Origin: Gemmatimonadales bacterium | GTDB taxonomy: Bacteria; Gemmatimonadota; Gemmatimonadetes; Gemmatimonadales; GWC2-71-9 | Assembly: GCA_050733075.1 (NCBI GenBank) | Contig: JBOHSD010000009.1 | Coordinates: forward strand, 1,189-65,188 | Direction of reading: 5' to 3' | Length of the DNA: 64,000 nucleotides | Part shown: positions 34,029 through 42,344 of the stretch, piece after piece | Layout of the letters: the number at the start of each line of letters is the position of its first letter | Numbering within the stretch: the stretch's first letter is position 1 | Notes under the pieces: generated by a model | Seen by the model: only the letters and a program-made list of their open reading frames with translations | Database searches by the model: none | What the model was told of the DNA's origin: nothing | Position numbers and translations under genes: made by a program

Positions 34029-34664
34029 CCCCGCTCGGTCCATGAACAACCGACGATTCCGGTAGATGTAAAGCGCGAAGGAGTAAACCGTAAGGAGAGC
34101 CGCAACGGCCAGCGTGATGGCCACGAAGCCGCCGTGAAACTCGTTCCAGAACTGGGCGTAGCGGTTGTGCTCCCATCCCAGCGGCTTGCGTGCGTCGCGA
34201 AAGGCGAACCACAGGATGACGGCGCCGACGAAGATGTTCTGGATGGTGGTCTTGAGCTTCCCCGCCCCGGCCGCGGGGATCACCACCCCCCGGCGGCTGG
34301 CCCACCAGCGGAAGCCGGTCATGGCCAGCTCGCGGCCGATGAGCAACAGACACACCCAGAGCGGAATGCTCCCCCAGATCGGGATATCGTAGAGGTCGTG
34401 GCGCTGCCGGGAGATCCAGTAGATCGGGATGAGCATGGCGAACAGGAGCAGCTTGTCGGCAATGGGGTCGAGCATCTTGCCGATATCAGTGACCTCATTC
34501 CGGGTCCGGGCGAGGTGGCCGTCGTAGACGTCGCTTATCGCGGCGGCGATGAAGATCACGAACGCGATGAGCTTGGGCCAGTAGCCCTCGATGAACGGCA
34601 GCAATGCGATGACCGGTGTGAAGCAGATGCGGACCAGGGTGATGATATTGGGCAGAGTCCACAT
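34020..34664 (-). CDS. pgsA: CDP-diacylglycerol--glycerol-3-phosphate 3-phosphatidyltransferase (CDP-alcohol phosphatidyltransferase)
   Basis: DVYDGHLARTRNEVTDIGKMLDPIADK matches D-x2-DG-x2-AR-x8-G-x3-D-x3-D. Confidence 0.85.
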   Translation of the reverse strand: MWTLPNIITLVRICFTPVIALLPFIEGYWPKLIAFVIFIAAAISDVYDGHLARTRNEVTDIGKMLDPIADKLLLFAMLIPIYWISRQRHDLYDIPIWGSIPLWVCLLLIGRELAMTGFRWWASRRGVVIPAAGAGKLKTTIQNIFVGAVILWFAFRDARKPLGWEHNRYAQFWNEFHGGFVAITLAVAALLTVYSFALYIYRNRRLFMDRAGSS

Positions 34665-34673
34665 GGCGAACGG

Positions 34674-35348
34674 CTACCCCAACATCTTGACGACGTTCTT
34701 GCTGATGGCCTTCAGGGTATCGAATACGCCCTCGCCGGTCAGGGCGACGGCCTCGAAGTAGGGAGCCCGCTCGATCCACTGGCCGTCTTCCTGGCTGACC
34801 AGAAACTCCGAGTCGTGGTAGGGGTCGCGGGCGACCCGCTGCCTGGACGGCTCGGTGACCGGCCAGCCGGGATTGAGCGCGGCCTGCAGCTCCGGGATGG
34901 GAGCGGCGTTGGGCAGATCGCGCTTGTTGTACTGGATGGCGAATGGGATCTTGGTTACGTCGTAACCGTGCTGGGTCATGTTCTCGTAGAGGTTCTGCAT
35001 GGCCTCGATGTTCGCGTCCATCCGCTCGATCTGACTGTCGGCCACGAAGACCACGCCGTCCACCCCCTTGAGGATCAGCTTTCGGGAGGCATTATAGTAG
35101 ACCTGCCCGGGCACGGTGTAGAGGTGGAACTTCACCTTGAAGCCGCGGATGGTGCCCAGGTCGACCGGAAGAAAATCGAAGAACAGGGTGCGCTCGGTCT
35201 CGGTTGCCAGGGAGATCATCTTCCCGCGGGCGGCGGGCGCCACTTTGTTGTAGACGTGCTCGAGGTTGGTGGTCTTCCCGCCCAGGCCGGGCCCGTAGTA
35301 CACCAGCTTGCAGTTGATCTCGCGGGAGGCGTAGTTGATCATCGACAT
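34674..35348 (-). CDS. mglA: MglA-type Ras-like small GTPase (with internal insertion)
   Basis: [19 protein letters not shown]-loop, LYTVPGQ switch II, YNKRD G4. About 29 extra residues lie between ALNP and PYFEAVA. Confidence 0.85.
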   Translation of the reverse strand: MSMINYASREINCKLVYYGPGLGGKTTNLEHVYNKVAPAARGKMISLATETERTLFFDFLPVDLGTIRGFKVKFHLYTVPGQVYYNASRKLILKGVDGVVFVADSQIERMDANIEAMQNLYENMTQHGYDVTKIPFAIQYNKRDLPNAAPIPELQAALNPGWPVTEPSRQRVARDPYHDSEFLVSQEDGQWIERAPYFEAVALTGEGVFDTLKAISKNVVKMLG

Positions 35349-35360
35349 GGCTGGCTTCCC

Positions 35361-35852
35361 TCAGGCCCCGAAGAGTTTGTCGATTTCGTCCTCCGTCTCG
35401 CCCAGGAACTCGGACTCGACTCCCGGCGCATTGGTCCCGTCGCGGTTGAACATTTCCGTGAACACCTGATTCAACTGGACCACTGCCGCCTTCACCCGCA
35501 GCTTTACCAGCCCCAGCGTCGTCCGGTTGTCGAACAGCACCACCAGAATGACGCGCCGCGCGATATCCGCGAGGTACATCGACTCCCGTTCGCCCTGGTG
35601 AAAGAGCGCTCCGAACTCCGACTCGCCCAGCATGCGCGCGAGCTGATCGTTGGCGCTGAAGTCCGCAGCCGTCAGGGAGGCGAACGCGGTGGGATCGAAC
35701 GCCGGGGCCTCCCCGACGGTTGCCACCAGCTGGCCCGTGCGGTCGACGATCAGGGCCGTCCGGGAGTTGGACTCACCGAGAAAACCGCTCAGAATAGCCT
35801 GAATCCGGCGAGAATCGTCCTCCCCGAACGACCAGCTCGACGCACCGCTCAT
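35361..35852 (-). CDS. mglB: Roadblock/LC7 protein, MglB-like GAP
   Basis: Start at MSGASSWSF (ATG 35852-35850). LIVDRTGQLVATVG ... VILVVLFD pattern. Immediately upstream of mglA. Confidence 0.75.
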   Translation of the reverse strand: MSGASSWSFGEDDSRRIQAILSGFLGESNSRTALIVDRTGQLVATVGEAPAFDPTAFASLTAADFSANDQLARMLGESEFGALFHQGERESMYLADIARRVILVVLFDNRTTLGLVKLRVKAAVVQLNQVFTEMFNRDGTNAPGVESEFLGETEDEIDKLFGA

Positions 35853-35862
35853 GAGCCCGGCC

Positions 35863-36132
35863 TCATACGAGAGTGGCCTCCATTCGGCGCACGATCGCTT
35901 CGGCGCGCCGGCGCAGCATGGGCTGCCGCTCCCAGGCGAGATAGTCCCGCAGCAGCCGGACCGTCTCCACCCCATCCTGCCCCGCCAGGAAGCCCAGGGC
36001 CGCGAGTCGCCGGAGCGGCCGGGGACTGAAGAGATCACGCCGGTGATAGGTGAGGCGCCGCTGTGCCAGGAGCCAGCCGGCAGTGGCACCCATGGCAATC
36101 CCGCCGGCGAAGATCCATGCGCGAGAGCGCAT
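35863..36132 (-). CDS. small hypothetical membrane protein
   Basis: 89-aa ORF with one helix (IFAGGIAMGATAGWLLA). ATGA overlap with the recR stop. High GC3. Confidence 0.45.
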   Translation of the reverse strand: MRSRAWIFAGGIAMGATAGWLLAQRRLTYHRRDLFSPRPLRRLAALGFLAGQDGVETVRLLRDYLAWERQPMLRRRAEAIVRRMEATLV

Positions 36133-36722
36133 CAGCTCACCTCCTGCCGAGCGTCGAGTGCATGAGCCAGGGTTACCCCATCGACGTACTCGAGATCTCC
36201 GCCCATGGGGAGGCCGCGGGCCAGCCGCGTCACCCGCACGTCCACGCCGGCCAGCAACTGCTGAATGTAGGTGGCGGTGACCTCTCCCTCCATCGAGGGA
36301 TTGGTCGCCAGGATGACCTCCCGGACGCCTCCCTCTCGGACCCGCTGAATCAGACGGTCGAGCCGCAGCTCCTCGGGGCCCACGCCGTCCAGGGGCGAGA
36401 GCCGGCCTCCGAGCACGTGATAGCGCCCCCGAAAATCGGTGAAGCGGTCCACCACCCCGACCGTCGAGGGCTCCTCCACCACGCAGAGGAGCCCATGGTC
36501 CCGCCGGGGATCGCGGCAGATACTACAGGGCTGCTCCTCCGTGAGATTGCCGCACTCCTCACAGGGCCGCACCCGCTCGCTGACCGACGCGAGAACCGAG
36601 GCGAGCCGCTGGACCTGTTCGGGAGATTGTTGGAGCAAGTGAAACGTGAGCCGCTGGGCCGTCTTCCGGCCGATTCCCGGCAGCCTGGCGAGTTCGGTGA
36701 TCAGCTCCTCGATCGCGCTCAC
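36132..36722 (-). CDS. recR: recombination protein RecR
   Basis: LPGIGRKTAQRL HhH, zinc finger CEECGNLTEEQPCSIC, Toprim domain. Confidence 0.9.
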   Translation of the reverse strand: MSAIEELITELARLPGIGRKTAQRLTFHLLQQSPEQVQRLASVLASVSERVRPCEECGNLTEEQPCSICRDPRRDHGLLCVVEEPSTVGVVDRFTDFRGRYHVLGGRLSPLDGVGPEELRLDRLIQRVREGGVREVILATNPSMEGEVTATYIQQLLAGVDVRVTRLARGLPMGGDLEYVDGVTLAHALDARQEVS

Positions 36723-36725
36723 CGG

Positions 36726-37055
36726 TCAGAAAGGCGATGCGAAGGGCAGCGGGGGCACCTTTCGCATCTCCGCCTGGAGCATCTCCGCCGCCCGGCGCTG
36801 CGCCTCGGCCACCGCGGTAAGCACCAGGTCGCTCAGGAACTCCGCATCGTGGTCCTGAAAGACCGCCGGATCGATCCACACGCCGCGCACCGTACCCCGG
36901 CCATCGGCCATGACCTTCACCATCCCGCCTCCGGCTGAGGTCTCGATGGTGCGGGTTGCCAGCTCCGTCTGCAACTGCTGAAGCCGGCCCTGAACCTGCT
37001 GGCCGAGCTGGAAAAGCTGCTGGAGATCTGCCATGCTATCGGGTAGTCCTGCCAT
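36726..37055 (-). CDS. ybaB: YbaB/EbfC nucleoid-associated protein
   Basis: 109 aa, GGGMVKVMADGRGTVRGVWIDP. Conserved dnaX-ybaB-recR order. Confidence 0.85.
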   Translation of the reverse strand: MAGLPDSMADLQQLFQLGQQVQGRLQQLQTELATRTIETSAGGGMVKVMADGRGTVRGVWIDPAVFQDHDAEFLSDLVLTAVAEAQRRAAEMLQAEMRKVPPLPFASPF

Positions 37056-37056
37056 T

Positions 37057-37127
37057 GGTCGAGAAAGTAGGAGGTGGGTGAGGACATCGCAACGGTTTAA
37101 GAGTCTTGACCTCTCGACTCTCGACTC
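37057..37127. repeat. imperfect hairpin with heptamer right arm (CTCTCGA x2.5)
   Basis: GGTCGAGAAAGTAGGAGGTGGGTGAGG ... CTCTCGACTCTCGACTC. Occupies the whole dnaX-stop/ybaB-start gap and overlaps the dnaX TGA (37126-37128). Confidence 0.6.
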
Positions 37128-38790
37128 AATCCACTATCTCTAAATCTAACGCATCCGCGGCCGTGTCGAGAGCCGGGTCCCGGGAGCGGAACTCTCGCAA
37201 GCGCTCGGCCTTGAGGCTCGATTCGGAGAGCCGGCGAGGCCTCGTGCCGGGGTCGGTACGGCTAACCGCGGCTGCGGTCACGCGCAGGCGTACCGGCTGC
37301 CCCAGGCTCCGGCTCAGAACCTCCTCGACCTTGGCGGCTTCCTGGTGCAACCGGTCGGCAAAGAGCTGGTTGGGCTCGGCCATGGCCACCGTCAGCCAGG
37401 GCAGCTCCAGGGCGGCGGGCTCGCTTGCGGCGAGGGCCTCCCCCAGGAACCGGCTGTGGGCTCTCATGGCGGCAACCACGGCGGGCCAGGTCGCTCGAAC
37501 CGCCTCGAGGGACGGTGAGGCAGCGGGGCCGGGGGGCAGCGGGGCAGTGTGGTTGGGGGGCGGCGGAGCAGCGGCTTCTTGCCGGGCCTGATTCCGTGCC
37601 TCGCTATCCCTCTGCCCCTCTGCCCCCCTGCCCCCCTGCCCCGTTGCCCCGCTTTCCCGCTTACCCGCTTTCAGCACCTCCCGCAGATCGACGATACGGT
37701 CCAGCATTGCCCAGCGCAGGAGCAGGGTCTCGACCACCAGGCGGGGATTGACGCTCCGCCTGATTCCAAGCTCGTTGTCCGCCAACAGCCGAAGCATCCG
37801 AAGCACGTCGCCGGGCTCCAACCGCCCCTGGTAACTCTCCAGGGTAACCCGCAGGGCCTCGGTCATGCCCTCGGGCCGGGCCCCCATCTGGAGCATCAGC
37901 AGCCCCCGCAGCGTGTCGGCCGCGCCGGCCATGAACTCGGCCAGGTCCACTCCGGCATCCATCAGCCGGTCCACCAGCGGGAAAACGGCGGCCGGCCGCC
38001 GCTCGGCCACCAGCTGGAGCACCTCGGCAAACAGCTCATCGTCCACCAGCCCGAGCACCTCCCGTACCCGGCCGGCCGTGATCGCGCCCTCGCCGAAGCT
38101 GAGGCACTGGTCCAGAACCGAGAGCGCGTCTCGCATGCCGCCATCAGCGTGGCGGGCGATGAGCGTGAGGGCGTCGTCGTCGGCTGCGATCCCTTCGGCC
38201 TGGAGAACCTGGCGAAGGCGGTCGCGGATGGCCGTAGGGCCTATGCGGCGGAAGTCGAAGCGCTGGAGGCGCGACATGACCGGGGCCGCCGCGGCCGCAA
38301 TCTTGTGGGGCTCGGTGGTGGCAAACACGAAGACCACCCCCGGCGGCGGCTCCTCCAGAATCTTGAGCAACGCGTTCCAGGCCTCGCGGGTCAGCATGTG
38401 GGCTTCGTCCACGATGTAGATCTTGTGATGCCCCTCTTGCGACGCCGCATACATGGCCCGCTCGCGCAGGTCCCGCGCGTCGTCTACCCCGCGGTTGCTG
38501 GCGGCATCGATCTCGACCACGTCCAGATTGGCCGACCCGTTCCAGATCCGCATGCAGTTCTCGCACTCGCCGCAGGGGTCTCCCGAAGACTCGCGGCGGG
38601 GACAGTTGAGGGCCATGGCGAGAATACGGGCGGCGGTGGTCTTGCCGACACCGCGGGGGCCGGTGAGGAGGTAACCGTGCCCGACCCGTTCCCTGGCGAC
38701 CGCACCGCGCAGGACGGCCGCGACGTGATCCTGGACCAGGAGATCGGCGAATCGCTTGGGACGGTATCGGCGGGCGAGGGCGAGGGTCAT
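37126..38790 (-). CDS. dnaX: DNA polymerase III subunit gamma/tau
   Basis: GPRGVGKTT Walker A, zinc module CGECENC, DEAHML. The low-complexity linker contains repeat-derived sequence. Confidence 0.9.
   Translation of the reverse strand: MTLALARRYRPKRFADLLVQDHVAAVLRGAVARERVGHGYLLTGPRGVGKTTAARILAMALNCPRRESSGDPCGECENCMRIWNGSANLDVVEIDAASNRGVDDARDLRERAMYAASQEGHHKIYIVDEAHMLTREAWNALLKILEEPPPGVVFVFATTEPHKIAAAAAPVMSRLQRFDFRRIGPTAIRDRLRQVLQAEGIAADDDALTLIARHADGGMRDALSVLDQCLSFGEGAITAGRVREVLGLVDDELFAEVLQLVAERRPAAVFPLVDRLMDAGVDLAEFMAGAADTLRGLLMLQMGARPEGMTEALRVTLESYQGRLEPGDVLRMLRLLADNELGIRRSVNPRLVVETLLLRWAMLDRIVDLREVLKAGKRESGATGQGGRGAEGQRDSEARNQARQEAAAPPPPNHTAPLPPGPAASPSLEAVRATWPAVVAAMRAHSRFLGEALAASEPAALELPWLTVAMAEPNQLFADRLHQEAAKVEEVLSRSLGQPVRLRVTAAAVSRTDPGTRPRRLSESSLKAERLREFRSRDPALDTAADALDLEIVD
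37514..37669. repeat. inverted G-rich/C-rich short-period repeat arrays inside dnaX coding sequence
   Basis: Left arm is GGTGAGGCAGCGGGGCCGGGGGGCAGCGGGGCAG... Right arm is eight 8-mers: CCCTCTGC x2, CCCCCTGC x2, CCCGTTGC, CCCGCTTT, CCCGCTTA, CCCGCTTT. Translated as KAGKRESGATGQGGRGAEGQRD...PPPPNHTAPLPPGPAASP. Confidence 0.8.
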
Positions 38791-38802
38791 GGAAAGCTCA
38801 CC

Positions 38803-38913
38803 AAAAAAAGTGCCTCAGGCACCCCGAAGCGACACCGGGCATCGCTTAGCGCTGCTACCGGCGAGGTCCTGACGCGGTTCACGCGCCGGCGCCCTTCGGA
38901 CCTGAGGCAAGTC
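38803..38913 (-). ncRNA. ffs: signal recognition particle RNA (small bacterial 4.5S type)
   Basis: The minus strand reads GCCUCAGGUCCGAAGG...GUCAGGACCUCGCCGGUAGCAGCGCUAAG...CUUCGGGGUGCCUGAGGC followed by U7. GUCAGG..AGCAGC matches the domain IV core of E. coli 4.5S (GUCAGGUCCGGAAGGAAGCAGC). The terminal helix GCCUCAGG/CCUGAGGC closes it. It lies directly upstream of dnaX, a conserved synteny. Confidence 0.7.
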
Positions 38914-38954
38914 AAATATAACCCGGCGCTCCCCGGTAGGGAACCGCTCGGGCA

Positions 38955-39473
38955 TCAGTGTTGAGGTGCCAGATTGGAGCTGTACATGTCCAGAACCAGC
39001 TTCCAGTCGCCATCCGGCTGCTTCTTCAGAATCGCGAGGAATTTTCCCTCGTCGGCCACTCCCGGGACGTTCCTCGCCTTCGGAACCGCCCTGAACCGGT
39101 AACGACCCTGGTTGTAAGCCAGATCGCCGCGGCCCTCGATGGTGTCGGACACGAGCTCGAAGCGGACGGTGTAGGCCTGGAGGAAACCACCCCAGAATCC
39201 GCGGATGGCGTCCCTGCCCTTCTGCGGGGGAAGGTTGGGTGCCAGCAGTGTGGCATCTCCGGTATACACCGCGGCGATCCCGTCGACGTTGCCGGCATTG
39301 GCCGAAGCCGCGAAAGCGGAATCGGCGCCCCGGATCCGCGCCTTGTCACCCTCGGAGATCGTCCTCGCCGGCGGGCCGCCTTCGGCAGCACCGCCGCCGT
39401 CTCCGGGACGGCAGGCGACGGACGCCGCACACCCTGCCAGCAGCAGCGCTGCAAAACGGGGAAACTCGATCAC
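38955..39473 (-). CDS. SnoaL-like/DUF4440 (NTF2-fold) lipoprotein
   Basis: GTG 39473 preceded by GGAGG. LLAGCAAS lipobox. ADSAFAASANAGNVDGIAAVYTGDATLLAPN is typical of YybH/DUF4440 proteins. Confidence 0.65.
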   Translation of the reverse strand: MIEFPRFAALLLAGCAASVACRPGDGGGAAEGGPPARTISEGDKARIRGADSAFAASANAGNVDGIAAVYTGDATLLAPNLPPQKGRDAIRGFWGGFLQAYTVRFELVSDTIEGRGDLAYNQGRYRFRAVPKARNVPGVADEGKFLAILKKQPDGDWKLVLDMYSSNLAPQH

Positions 39474-39498
39474 TGTCCCTCCTCTGGGGGAATGATGG

Positions 39499-40434
39499 TC
39501 AGCAGAGAATCGCCCGCTGTCGCTCCTGCATCTTGCGGAGCTCCCAGGTCTCCGCCACCACCGCCCCGAGCAGGAAGACGATGGCGGTGTAGTAGACCCA
39601 CAGGATGAACAGCACGGCAGCGCCGAGCGTCGCGTCACCGCCCAGCGCGCTGAAGGAGGCGAAGTTCGCCAGGTAGAGGGCATAAAGCCGTTTGGCCACT
39701 TCAAACAGCACGGCCGTGAAAATGGACGCGAGCAGCACGGTACTCCACGGCAGCCGGCGCACCGAGGCATAGCGGTAGGTGATGAAAAAGAGCGACACCG
39801 AGAATGCAAAGGCGAGGAGCTCGGTCAGTACCCGGCCCGCGGTAGACACGAAGAAGGTGAGCTCGGGTATGCTGGCGGTTCCCCGAGCCTGAAGCACCGC
39901 CAGGCCGGTGGTCAGCATGGTGTTCATGAGAAACAGAATGACGGTGCCGATTACCATGACCGCGTCGCGCAGCTTGGCTTGAAGGTACAGTGCCAGGAAC
40001 CACCGGTGGCGCGAAGGCCGCAGCGAGACGTCGTAGATGTCGTTGAGGGAGGTCCTGATCCCCGCAAACAGCCGAGTACTGAACCAGAGGAACGCGGGTG
40101 TCGCATACAGCGACAGCTGACCCCGCTTCTGGGTGATACCGGTGAGCAGCTTCTCGATGACTTCGAAGGGATCCCCATCCGGCCGGGTCGTGTGGGGCGG
40201 GAGAAAGCGGTGGAACAGCAGCACGGTATCGATGGCGGGCCCCTCGGTGAACGCCTGTACCAGATGGGTCAACCCGATCAGCACCAGCAGGATGAAAGGC
40301 ACCGCGGCGAGCAGCGCGTCGAAGGTCAGGGCGCTCGCGAGAAAAGGAATGTTGTTTTCATCGGCCGCCTGCAGGGTGCGTGCGAGGAAGCCGGCGGGCG
40401 AACGGTACCACCCGCCGGGTCGGGAGCTATTCAG
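39499..40434 (-). CDS. YihY/BrkB family membrane protein
   Basis: The family N-terminus (FLARTLQAADENNIPFLASALTFDALLAAVPF) is encoded in frame upstream of the first ATG/GTG/TTG (40302). The only start-like codon is CTG 40434-40432, which overlaps the upstream TGA. Confidence 0.7.
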   Translation of the reverse strand: MNSSRPGGWYRSPAGFLARTLQAADENNIPFLASALTFDALLAAVPFILLVLIGLTHLVQAFTEGPAIDTVLLFHRFLPPHTTRPDGDPFEVIEKLLTGITQKRGQLSLYATPAFLWFSTRLFAGIRTSLNDIYDVSLRPSRHRWFLALYLQAKLRDAVMVIGTVILFLMNTMLTTGLAVLQARGTASIPELTFFVSTAGRVLTELLAFAFSVSLFFITYRYASVRRLPWSTVLLASIFTAVLFEVAKRLYALYLANFASFSALGGDATLGAAVLFILWVYYTAIVFLLGAVVAETWELRKMQERQRAILC

Positions 40435-40829
40435 GCGAGCGGTTCCTCGAGGTCGGCGGGAGACCGCCTGCGCGCGCGGGCATCCGCCAGGCGGCGCTCC
40501 AGCTCTTCCCGGGGCGAGGCCCCCGGGCTCCGGCCGTAAAAGGCGCGACCTTCATTTTCTTCGTCGACATCCTCCTCGTCCTCCATCAGGCCTTCCAGGG
40601 AGTCCTTGGCGCCGCCGAGCTGCTGGGTGAGCTCGTCGAGCTTCTCCTCAGTCATGGCCCGAAGCTTCCAGAGCTTGCGCTGGAGATTCCGGCGGGTCTC
40701 CTCCCCGCTGCTGGGCGCATACATCAGGGCCAGCCCCGCGCCCAGTAGCGTGCCCCAGAAGAGCCACTTGGCGGACGAGTCGCCGGCCCGCTCAACGTAC
40801 ACCACCTCACTGCGCTGCTTGCGACGCAT
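40431..40829 (-). CDS. YtxH domain-containing protein
   Basis: One N-terminal helix (WLFWGTLLGAGLALMYAPSSGEETR), then a charged coiled region. Confidence 0.65.
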   Translation of the reverse strand: MRRKQRSEVVYVERAGDSSAKWLFWGTLLGAGLALMYAPSSGEETRRNLQRKLWKLRAMTEEKLDELTQQLGGAKDSLEGLMEDEEDVDEENEGRAFYGRSPGASPREELERRLADARARRRSPADLEEPLA

Positions 40830-40838
40830 GCGATCCCC

Positions 40839-42254
40839 CTATTCCCCCGCATCGGGGTCGTCGGCCGCCGCAACCAGCACCGGCTTGAGCGCTGCATGGT
40901 GCTGTATCGGGGCCTGGATGAACCGATTGACCTGCTCCTGAGTTCCATTCACGTTCAACTGCTCGAACAAGAATGCAAAGGTCTTTTCCAGATCGGCCGC
41001 GATGGCGGCCCGGACATCCTCCGGCAGTGACCACAGGTCCTGCTTGAAGGGGCCGATCGCCTTCTTGCGAGCCTTGTAGTAGAACTGCTCGCCGGTGTCG
41101 CCGCTCTTCCGCTCCCCTGCCGCATTTTCATCGAGCCAGGTGCGGATGCGCTCCCTGAGATCGGCCGGAAGGCGGGGATGATCGAAGACGATGTTCTGGA
41201 AGTTGGTGGCAAGGTGGATCTCGGCGGTCTCGATCCGGGGAAAGTTGCCGAACGCATTGGACGGGAGAGTGCTCGCACCATGCTGGACCGCCCCAGCCAG
41301 GCCGTACTCGTCACGGGCGGCCTGGGACAGGGCCGCCAGCGCCTTGAGGTCCAGCTTGACCTCGGCCATGGTGCCGTCGGGGAGGACCACGCCGCCGTGC
41401 GATGTGCCGGTCTGTACTGAGATCTTGCTGATTCCCGGGTACTCGCCCAGCGCGGCCAGGCTGCTACTGTAGCCCTGCATGAAGGCGTGAAGCTCCTCCA
41501 CGGTACTGTTCTTCATTCCGACTTCGCCGATCTCAGCCCCCACCGACACGGTCACGCCATCCGGCTCGTGCTCCCGGATGAAGGCCGTGATCTCGGCGGC
41601 ATGCTCGTAGTTGAGGCGCTGCTGCTCCCCGAGCGAAGGCTGGGACAGATCCACCAGTGTCGAGGTATCCACGTCGATGTTGTAGAACCCGGCACCGATC
41701 TCTTCGGCGATCAGCTTCTTTACCTCGCCCACCTCGCCGGCTCGATCGGCCTGGAACTTCTTCTGGTTCACCTGGCAGTGGTCGCCCTGGATGAAGAGCG
41801 GCAGAGTGTACCCCTCGCGCAGAGCGGCCGCGATCATTACCGAGACGTACTCCGCCGGCCGCTGCTCGGTATAGGCGATCTCGGACCGGGCGATCTCGAG
41901 GATGATGGCACCGGCCTTACCAGCCCGCGCAGCCCGGAAAATTGCCCGAGCCGTGTCGTACGCGAGCATCCGAACGTTGATGGCCGGTACGGTAAAGCCG
42001 CCACATTCACCCCGGCCCCGTGCCATATATAGATCGTTGATCGAGGCCGGGCGCGCGCCGGTCACCTGCCCCAACTCCCAGAGAAGCCACCGGGCCGCCT
42101 CCCGTTGGCCACCGGTTCCGAATACTGCCTGCCACGCCAACCGGTCCGTAGCGGCGGACCGAAGCCTGGACTGGTCGCGCACTTCAACGCCGCCCGGCAC
42201 CCGAAGCACGCCCCCGCCGTAAAGATCGATCGCCCGCTGTGTTGCATCAGCCAT
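40839..42254 (-). CDS. fba: class II fructose-bisphosphate aldolase (long form)
   Basis: FTVPAINV, LFIQGDHCQV, QTGTSHGG, AVQHGASTLP are metal/substrate motifs of class II aldolases. Confidence 0.8.
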   Translation of the reverse strand: MADATQRAIDLYGGGVLRVPGGVEVRDQSRLRSAATDRLAWQAVFGTGGQREAARWLLWELGQVTGARPASINDLYMARGRGECGGFTVPAINVRMLAYDTARAIFRAARAGKAGAIILEIARSEIAYTEQRPAEYVSVMIAAALREGYTLPLFIQGDHCQVNQKKFQADRAGEVGEVKKLIAEEIGAGFYNIDVDTSTLVDLSQPSLGEQQRLNYEHAAEITAFIREHEPDGVTVSVGAEIGEVGMKNSTVEELHAFMQGYSSSLAALGEYPGISKISVQTGTSHGGVVLPDGTMAEVKLDLKALAALSQAARDEYGLAGAVQHGASTLPSNAFGNFPRIETAEIHLATNFQNIVFDHPRLPADLRERIRTWLDENAAGERKSGDTGEQFYYKARKKAIGPFKQDLWSLPEDVRAAIAADLEKTFAFLFEQLNVNGTQEQVNRFIQAPIQHHAALKPVLVAAADDPDAGE

Positions 42255-42344
42255 GCAGGTCTATCCTCTTGGAAGCAGCGCCTATAGCATGTCTGCCAAA
42301 GGTAGGCCGAGAAGCGGGGAGCGTCAAACGGACCCTGGTCAGCC

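Noticed and set aside
34134-36029. 631-aa plus-strand ORF, and similar long ORFs at 22-936(+), 8766-9734(-), 20546-21892(-), 22920-24206(-), 37549-38964(+), 43817-45061(+), 48381-49736(+), 56822-58405(+), 32179-33165(+) and 7881-8633(-).
   Set aside because: All lie antisense to genes with clear family motifs (mglA/mglB/pgsA, kinase, HlyD, permeases, dnaX, pyk, ispG, nrdJ, and so on). Their products are Arg/Gly/Pro/His-rich low-complexity sequences. This is the usual stop-codon-poor antisense frame of high-GC DNA.
37600-37700. Programmed -1 frameshift site for DnaX gamma.
   Set aside because: There is no canonical X XXY YYZ slippery heptamer upstream of the structure (CUGAAAGCG is not slippery). 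Only G6 runs are present. Retained solely as a speculative note in the dnaX finding.
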